Assembly (NCBI GenBank): GCA_963702425.1
Contig: CAVPCQ010000003.1
Span: forward strand, 32,001 to 96,000
Source of the DNA: an uncultured Acidobacteriota bacterium
GTDB taxonomy: Bacteria > Acidobacteriota > Polarisedimenticolia > J045
Direction of reading: 5' to 3'
Length of the DNA stretch: 64,000 nucleotides
This document shows positions 58,243-64,000 of this stretch, piece by piece. A program made the translations under genes and the position numbers. The notes beneath the pieces were generated by a model. The model saw only the letters and a program-made list of their open reading frames with translations, did no database searches and was not told the DNA's origin. The stretch's first letter is position 1; each line of letters begins with the position of its first letter.

Positions 58243-60599
58243 GGCGGACCGGTTCGCAGCGCCTCCAGCCGCGCCGCGTGCCGCCGGAGCCGGGCCCCGC
58301 GCGCGCCGGCGAAGCGGACCACCGCGTCGAGGATCGCGTCCGGATCGAGGTGCGCCTCCTCGAGCACCTCCTCGACCGTGCCGCCCGTGCGCCAGCGGTC
58401 GTCCCAGTCGGCGCAAAGCGAGGCGGAGAGGGCGTCGCCGTCCGGCAGCCAGCGCGCCAGCGACGCGCGCGAGCGGTTCGTGATCCCCAGCGCGTCGAGC
58501 CGGTCGGTCTCGGACAGGACGCGCTCGCGGTAGGCCGCCTGCTGGCGGTCGAATAGCTGCGGGCTGAGCGCGGCAACGATCTTCAGGTTCAGCCCGCGGC
58601 GCTCGAGCTCCGGCAGCAGCCCCACGAGGTTTGCCGTGCTCGACGCGCCGGTGACCACGATCACGCCGTCGCGCGGCATGTCCGGCCGCGCCTCGCGCAG
58701 CAGGTAGGCCCCGTGCGCGGCGTCGAACCGGGAGGGAAGCTGCAGGGCACGGCGGTCCGGCACGAGAAGCGGCGGGCGAACGAGGTGCAGCGCGAGGATC
58801 GGGAACCCGCCCGCCAGCGCGGCCGCGATCAGCACCGGGACCTCGTTGGGATCCCACGGGTGCAGGTCGCAGACCTGCCCCTCCGGGAAGAGCTGCGACA
58901 CCGCCGGTGCGAAGACGCCGAAGTGGGTGCGGCTGTCCTCCGCGGTCTCGGGGCCCGAGTGCCCGAGCACCCACAGCACCGGCCCGATCTTCAGCTCGGC
59001 ATCCTGCGCCATCTGGGAGTAGAGCCGCATCGGCCCGTACTGCAGGTAGGCAAACGCCCCGTAGCTCGAGTGAGCTGCCGCGAAGCCGTTCCAATCGCGT
59101 TCCGGCGCCGGGTCGAAGTTGACCGACGCGATCCCCGCCGCCATCGCCGCGTTGGTGAACTCCGTGATCTGCGCCGGCAGCAGCACGCCGTCGGGGTTCG
59201 CCGTGCGCTCGTAGTCGCCGAAGCCGGCGCGCCCCTCGAAGTCGCGCGCGAAGAGCGCCAGGCTCGTCGACTCGGCGAGGTCGGCCGAGAGCGCCAGAAA
59301 CAGCGGCCGTCCGTACGCCTCGCGGGCCCAGCTGTTGGCCCAGGCGCCCCAGCGACCCATCGCGACCTTGTTCGAGACCCGCGTCCCGGGCGTGAACCAG
59401 AGTGCCTCGGGGTAGGCTCGCGCGTCGGTCAGCCGCGGGTCGCGCCACGGGTTCCGGGCCCCGGCCGCCGCGAGGCCGCCCGGCCGCTCCGGAACCGCCT
59501 CGCCCAGCTCGACCAGTCGCTCGGCAACGAAGCGGCAGCTCTCGCCGTCGTCGAGCAGGACCGAGAGCGCGACGCGCAGGTTCGCCGCGGCGCGCGCGCG
59601 GCGCGCGGCGGGATCGGACGGTGCCGGCTCGCCGAAGCCGTCGAAGCGCACGCCGTAGCGCTCCTGGAACGGGCGCTTGGTCTCCCAGAACGCAGGCGCG
59701 CCGGCGGCGTGCGGCACGCCGTGGCTCGCGCTGTCGAAGCGGCCGTAGCCCCGCCCCTTGCGCGTGCGCGCCCAGACCGCCGCCGGGCGGCCGCCGGGCT
59801 CCGGATCGAGCGTGGCCTGGTAGAGGGCGCGCGCGAGCTGCGCCGGGCTGGCCCCGTCGGCGACGCCCGCGACGCGCCAGCCGTGGCTCGCGAACCAGTC
59901 CGTCGGCGTCCCGTAGATGACCGCCGAGGCCGGCCGCGGGTCGATCCCGAAGTCGTTCCAGTCGAGCAGCACGACGAGATTGTCGAGACCGAGGCCCCAG
60001 GCCGCATTCAGCGTCTCGTGCGTGCTGCCGGCGGTCGCGCCGCCCTCCCCTTCCAGCGCGAAGACACGCACGCCGGGCAGTCCGCCGCGCCGGAGCGCGA
60101 GCGCCATCCCGGCCGCGGCGGGCAGGCCGTGCCCCGAGGGCCCGGTGTTGAACTTCAGGAAGAGCGACCTGCCGGCGAACTCGGCGTGCCCGGGAAGCCC
60201 CCCGCGGCGGCGCAGCGCCAGGAGCTCGTCGGCGCGGAGCGACCAGCGCGCGGCATTCGCGGCGGCGAACCGCGGGTCGCCCGTCGCGGCCGCCCGCGCG
60301 GCGAGCGCCTCGTGGAGCGCGGCCAGCAGCGCGTAGACCGCCGGAACGGTGTGACCCGCGGCGAGCACGAAGCGGTCGGCGCCGACCTTCTCCGGATGCC
60401 GGAGGTCCCATCGCATCGCCCCCGACAGGGCGAGGGTGACCAGCATCGGGACCTTCGAGCGCGAGCCGCCGGGGTGGCCCGACTGGCGAAAGTCGAGCGC
60501 GAAGTCGACCAACTGGTCGACGACGTCGATCACGGTCTCGAGGCGCGGCAGGTCGGGGCTGAGGCGCGCGAGCGCCTCCTCCCATGGGGGAGCAGCCAT
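58239..60599 (-). CDS. Transketolase-like ThDP-dependent enzyme
   Basis: SGHPGGS, DRFVLAAGH, LPGH, NTGPSGHG, GEG...N motif, ADLAEST, HSGPETAEDSRTH. Confidence 0.88.
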   Translation of the reverse strand: MAAPPWEEALARLSPDLPRLETVIDVVDQLVDFALDFRQSGHPGGSRSKVPMLVTLALSGAMRWDLRHPEKVGADRFVLAAGHTVPAVYALLAALHEALAARAAATGDPRFAAANAARWSLRADELLALRRRGGLPGHAEFAGRSLFLKFNTGPSGHGLPAAAGMALALRRGGLPGVRVFALEGEGGATAGSTHETLNAAWGLGLDNLVVLLDWNDFGIDPRPASAVIYGTPTDWFASHGWRVAGVADGASPAQLARALYQATLDPEPGGRPAAVWARTRKGRGYGRFDSASHGVPHAAGAPAFWETKRPFQERYGVRFDGFGEPAPSDPAARRARAAANLRVALSVLLDDGESCRFVAERLVELGEAVPERPGGLAAAGARNPWRDPRLTDARAYPEALWFTPGTRVSNKVAMGRWGAWANSWAREAYGRPLFLALSADLAESTSLALFARDFEGRAGFGDYERTANPDGVLLPAQITEFTNAAMAAGIASVNFDPAPERDWNGFAAAHSSYGAFAYLQYGPMRLYSQMAQDAELKIGPVLWVLGHSGPETAEDSRTHFGVFAPAVSQLFPEGQVCDLHPWDPNEVPVLIAAALAGGFPILALHLVRPPLLVPDRRALQLPSRFDAAHGAYLLREARPDMPRDGVIVVTGASSTANLVGLLPELERRGLNLKIVAALSPQLFDRQQAAYRERVLSETDRLDALGITNRSRASLARWLPDGDALSASLCADWDDRWRTGGTVEEVLEEAHLDPDAILDAVVRFAGARGARLRRHAARLEALRTGPP

Positions 60600-60724
60600 C
60601 GGCCCTGGACGATGGCACATCGCGCGGGGCCGGAAAGGGGCGCCGCGGTCGCCCTGCGCGGTCCCTGTCAGTTTCCGCTTGCCCTGCGCGCCAGACCGCG
60701 GTATCAGCAGGCCCCGGAGGTGTG

Positions 60725-62206
60725 ATGGTTCGCAGCAAGTCTCGAGGGAGAAGTCCGGACCACGGACGGCGCACGTTCATCCGACGCTCCGCGATCGCTT
60801 CGGCAGCCCCGGTCGTCCTCGGGCACCTCGCGTGGGCGGAAGAGATGGGCGGCGCGGCGGGCGCGGACGGGACGGCAGCCCTCCCGCGCGTCGTGCACGT
60901 CCACCATGGCCACGCCGCACGCTGGCCGCGCACCACCGGGATGTACCGCGACTACCTCGACCAGGCCTCGATCGACCGGATGCTCGATCAGGCCGTGATG
61001 GTCCTCAAGGACGCCGGGGTGGATGAGGCCTGGCAGCGCGTCTTCCCGCGCGCCGCGCCGGAAACGCGGAAACTGGCGATCAAGGTGAACCTCAACAACT
61101 CGATCGACACGGCCGACGGCGCGGGGAACGTCATCGACGCCGTTCCCGAGCCGTGCATCTCCGTGATCAAGGGCTTCGTGCGCACCGGCGGGCTGTCGGG
61201 CAACTGCACGATCTACGACGCGACCAACACGGCGCCGAGCCGCTGCCTGGCGACCTGGTTCAAGAACCGCGTCAAGGCCGTTTTCCCCGACGTGAAGTTC
61301 TCCGCGTCCTGCGGAGGCGAGGGGTTCGCCCCCGGAGACGACGACGCCCCGTCCGGCGACGCGCCGGACCCGCGCCAGTACGTCACCTGGAGCCCGGCCT
61401 ACGTCAACCAGCCGCCCGACACGCGGATCGCGTCGGTGGTCCTCTCGAGCGACTACCTGGTCAACGTGCCGATCGTCAAACGGCACGGCCAGGCCAACGT
61501 GACGCTCGGGTACAAGGCTCACCTCGGGTCGATCGACCGGGCCGACCGGATGCACGAGTGGCTCTTCAACGACGTACCCGAGGCCTCCGTGCTGGCCGAC
61601 ATCATGGGCAGCCCGGTCGTACCCGGCGACCCCGCGGTGCGTTCGCTCGCGCAGCGGACGGTGCTGACCGTCGGCGACATGCTCTACGGACATCCCTGCA
61701 AGAATTTCGACGTCGTCCCCCGGCCGTGGGCGATTTTCCGCAACGAGTGGCCCTGCAACCTCGTCGTCTCGGACGACCCGGTCGCCGCCGACTCGGTGAT
61801 GATCGACATCCTCGAGGCCGAGCCGGCCAGCGACGGGGGCTGCGGCTCGAGCCGGCCGTGGGCACGCCGCCACCTGCAGTTCGCCGAGGCCAAGGGCCAG
61901 GGCGTGCACGACCACGTCGCGCTGCCGCAGGGCCAGCGCTTCGACCCGGCCCGGATGACCTACACTCGGATCGACTACCGCTTCGTCGAACTGAACTCCT
62001 CGGGAGCGCTCCTGACCGTGACGCGGCTCGCGAACGGCGCCGTGCTGCTGCAGTGGACGCACTACTTCCCGGGTGCGTGCGAGGTCTGGCGCGCGACGAA
62101 GCCCGACTTTTCCGACGCGCTGCTGCTCGGGGCCTCGCCGGCCGGCCGCTTCCTCGACAACAGCCCGCTGCCGAAGGCCTTCTACAGCGTGCTCTACGGC
62201 GGCTGA
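60725..62206 (+). CDS. Tat-exported DUF362 family protein with small C-terminal beta domain
   Basis: RRTFI twin-arginine motif; AIKVN, LVNVPIVKRH, VTLGYK, DPVAADSV. Confidence 0.78.
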   Translation: MVRSKSRGRSPDHGRRTFIRRSAIASAAPVVLGHLAWAEEMGGAAGADGTAALPRVVHVHHGHAARWPRTTGMYRDYLDQASIDRMLDQAVMVLKDAGVDEAWQRVFPRAAPETRKLAIKVNLNNSIDTADGAGNVIDAVPEPCISVIKGFVRTGGLSGNCTIYDATNTAPSRCLATWFKNRVKAVFPDVKFSASCGGEGFAPGDDDAPSGDAPDPRQYVTWSPAYVNQPPDTRIASVVLSSDYLVNVPIVKRHGQANVTLGYKAHLGSIDRADRMHEWLFNDVPEASVLADIMGSPVVPGDPAVRSLAQRTVLTVGDMLYGHPCKNFDVVPRPWAIFRNEWPCNLVVSDDPVAADSVMIDILEAEPASDGGCGSSRPWARRHLQFAEAKGQGVHDHVALPQGQRFDPARMTYTRIDYRFVELNSSGALLTVTRLANGAVLLQWTHYFPGACEVWRATKPDFSDALLLGASPAGRFLDNSPLPKAFYSVLYGG

Positions 62207-62223
62207 CGGGGTACGATCGCGGC

Positions 62224-64000
62224 ATGCCAATGTCACTGCGCCGACCCCGGCTGTCCGCCGCGCTCCTGCTGCTCGCCGGGACCGCCCTGCTGGTGTTCGC
62301 CGCCGCCCCCCCCGCTGGCGTCCCCCTCCCCGGAACGCAGCCGCGCGACGGGAGCGGCGATCCGGCCTTTCCCCCGTTCGCCAACCACGCCGAGCCGGGG
62401 CTGCTCGACGTGCCGGGACGCTGCAGCGTCTGCCACGGCGGCTACCGCGCGCCCGACGTCGCGCCTTTCGAGCCGCACGACACCTGGGCCGGCTCGCTGA
62501 TGGCCAACGCCGCGCGCGACCCGCTCTTCTGGGCCGCGCTCGACGTTGCCAACCAGGACGACGCGAAGCTCGGCCACGTCGGCGTCGGCGACTTCTGCCT
62601 GCGCTGTCACGCTCCCAAGGCCTGGTACGAGGGGCGCTCGAGCTGCGAGAACGCATGGGGCCAGCCGTTCGACGGGAGCTGCCTGCAGGGCACGCCGGAG
62701 CGCAACAACACCGACTTCGAGGGGATCGTCTGCGCCAGCTGCCACCGGATGTACGACGCCTCGCAGCCACCGGAGGGGGAGTTCGCCGATCCGCGCGCGC
62801 CCTACGCCGGGAACGCGCAGATCTACCTCTCGCGGACGCCCGAACTGATGTTCGGCCCCTTCGCCGACTCCGTCCCGACCGGCCACCAGTTCGCAGCGAC
62901 GCCGTTCCAGCGCTCGGCCGCGCTCTGCGGGCAGTGCCACGACATCACGAACCCGGTGAAGAACCGCCGCGACGCGCAGAGCGGGGCCGATCTCGGCTAC
63001 CGCTTCCCGATCGAGCGGACCTACCGCGAGTGGCAGCAGTCGGAGTACGCGCGCGCCGGCTCGCGCGTCGCCGCGACCTGCCAGGCCTGTCACATGCCGC
63101 GGCCCGACCTCGACGCCGACGGCCGGGCCGACGCCGCGACGGCCTGCTCGTCGCCGCCCGGCCCGCGCGGGACGGGCACGGAGCTCGAGGGCCCCTACCG
63201 CACCCACCAGTTCCAGGGCGCGAACGTCTTCATGCTCGATCTGCTGGCGGGCGAGTACGGCGTGCCGCTGCGACGCACCGCGGCCTACGCGCAAGCGCGC
63301 ACGGCGACGCTCGACCTGCTGCAGCAGCGGACCGCCGAGCTGCGCGTCTCCGCGACCCGGCTGGTCTTCTCCCGCCGCTATCTCCCGGTCGACGTGCGGG
63401 TCACCAACCTTGGCGGGCACAAGTTCCCGACCGGTTACACTGAGGGGCGGCGCGCCTGGCTCGAGGTCGCGGCGGGGATCGACGCCGACCGCGACGGCTC
63501 GCTCACCGAGGCCGAGACGAACTGGTCCTCGGGCCGCTACGACGCCGCCAGCGCGACGCTGCTCGACGACCCCCACCTCAAGGTCTACGAGGCGAAGCAC
63601 GGGGTGTTCGACTACAACGGCAACGGCCGCTGCGACACCGTGGACGCCGCCACGGGACACGAGATGTTCCACTTCGTGCTCAACGACTGCGTCGTCAAGG
63701 ACAACCGGATCCCTCCGCGCGGGTTCCGGCCGGACGCCGAGACCGAGCCGGTCGGCGCCCGCTTCGCGAACGATCCCGCGAGCGGCGGGCTGGCGAACTG
63801 GGACGACACCCGCTACCCGGTCTGGATCCCCGCCCGGGCCACCGGCTCGATGCTCGTGCGCGTCCGGCTCTGGCACCAGGTCGTGCCGCGCGAGTACTCC
63901 CGCTTCCTCGCCGCCGAGAGCCGCTCAACCTGCGATCCGTTCGACTATGGGTGCGACCCGACCCAGCCCGACGAGCGGCCCAACCGCGGCGAGAAATTCG
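62224..64000 (+). CDS. Secreted multiheme cytochrome c (runs off right edge)
   Basis: Manual translation: signal peptide; CSVCH, CLRCH, CASCH, CGQCH, CQACH; GHKFPTG. Confidence 0.88.
   Translation, partial: MPMSLRRPRLSAALLLLAGTALLVFAAAPPAGVPLPGTQPRDGSGDPAFPPFANHAEPGLLDVPGRCSVCHGGYRAPDVAPFEPHDTWAGSLMANAARDPLFWAALDVANQDDAKLGHVGVGDFCLRCHAPKAWYEGRSSCENAWGQPFDGSCLQGTPERNNTDFEGIVCASCHRMYDASQPPEGEFADPRAPYAGNAQIYLSRTPELMFGPFADSVPTGHQFAATPFQRSAALCGQCHDITNPVKNRRDAQSGADLGYRFPIERTYREWQQSEYARAGSRVAATCQACHMPRPDLDADGRADAATACSSPPGPRGTGTELEGPYRTHQFQGANVFMLDLLAGEYGVPLRRTAAYAQARTATLDLLQQRTAELRVSATRLVFSRRYLPVDVRVTNLGGHKFPTGYTEGRRAWLEVAAGIDADRDGSLTEAETNWSSGRYDAASATLLDDPHLKVYEAKHGVFDYNGNGRCDTVDAATGHEMFHFVLNDCVVKDNRIPPRGFRPDAETEPVGARFANDPASGGLANWDDTRYPVWIPARATGSMLVRVRLWHQVVPREYSRFLAAESRSTCDPFDYGCDPTQPDERPNRGEKF

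Overview
Very GC-rich bacterial chromosome segment (>70% GC by eye; gene content suggests an Acidobacteriota/Myxococcota-like organism, which is inference). Many single-base frameshifts, often at homopolymers, look like long-read assembly errors and create false fusions in the ORF track. Layout: (1) 1-22.9 kb: minus-strand Wza/Wzc-type exopolysaccharide locus with extensive tailoring genes (two CapK-like ligases, GNAT, ACP, AsnB, LarA-like, Tat DUF362, NTP_transf_5). (2) 23.5-24.2 kb: a divergent cassette of a PqqD/RRE protein plus a YxxP-leader, Gly/Ser-rich peptide with a terminator (candidate RiPP). (3) tRNA-Arg(ACG) overlapped tail-to-tail by a large HNH nuclease gene, followed by gene remnants and a broken RelE-type TA pair. 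(4) Core genes: DUF748, tadA, tRNA-Ser, ffs, dnaX-ybaB-recR-mglB-mglA, and rplU-rpmA-obgE-nadD-rsfS-rlmH with an MNT/HEPN cassette flanked by an 18-bp direct repeat. (5) Envelope genes and a pseudo-histidine kinase. (6) A transketolase-like/lipid kinase/MFS/ACP/class II aldolase/FAAL operon. (7) A Tat DUF362 protein and a multiheme cytochrome c running off the window. No CRISPR array, rRNA, integrase or transposase was recognised.
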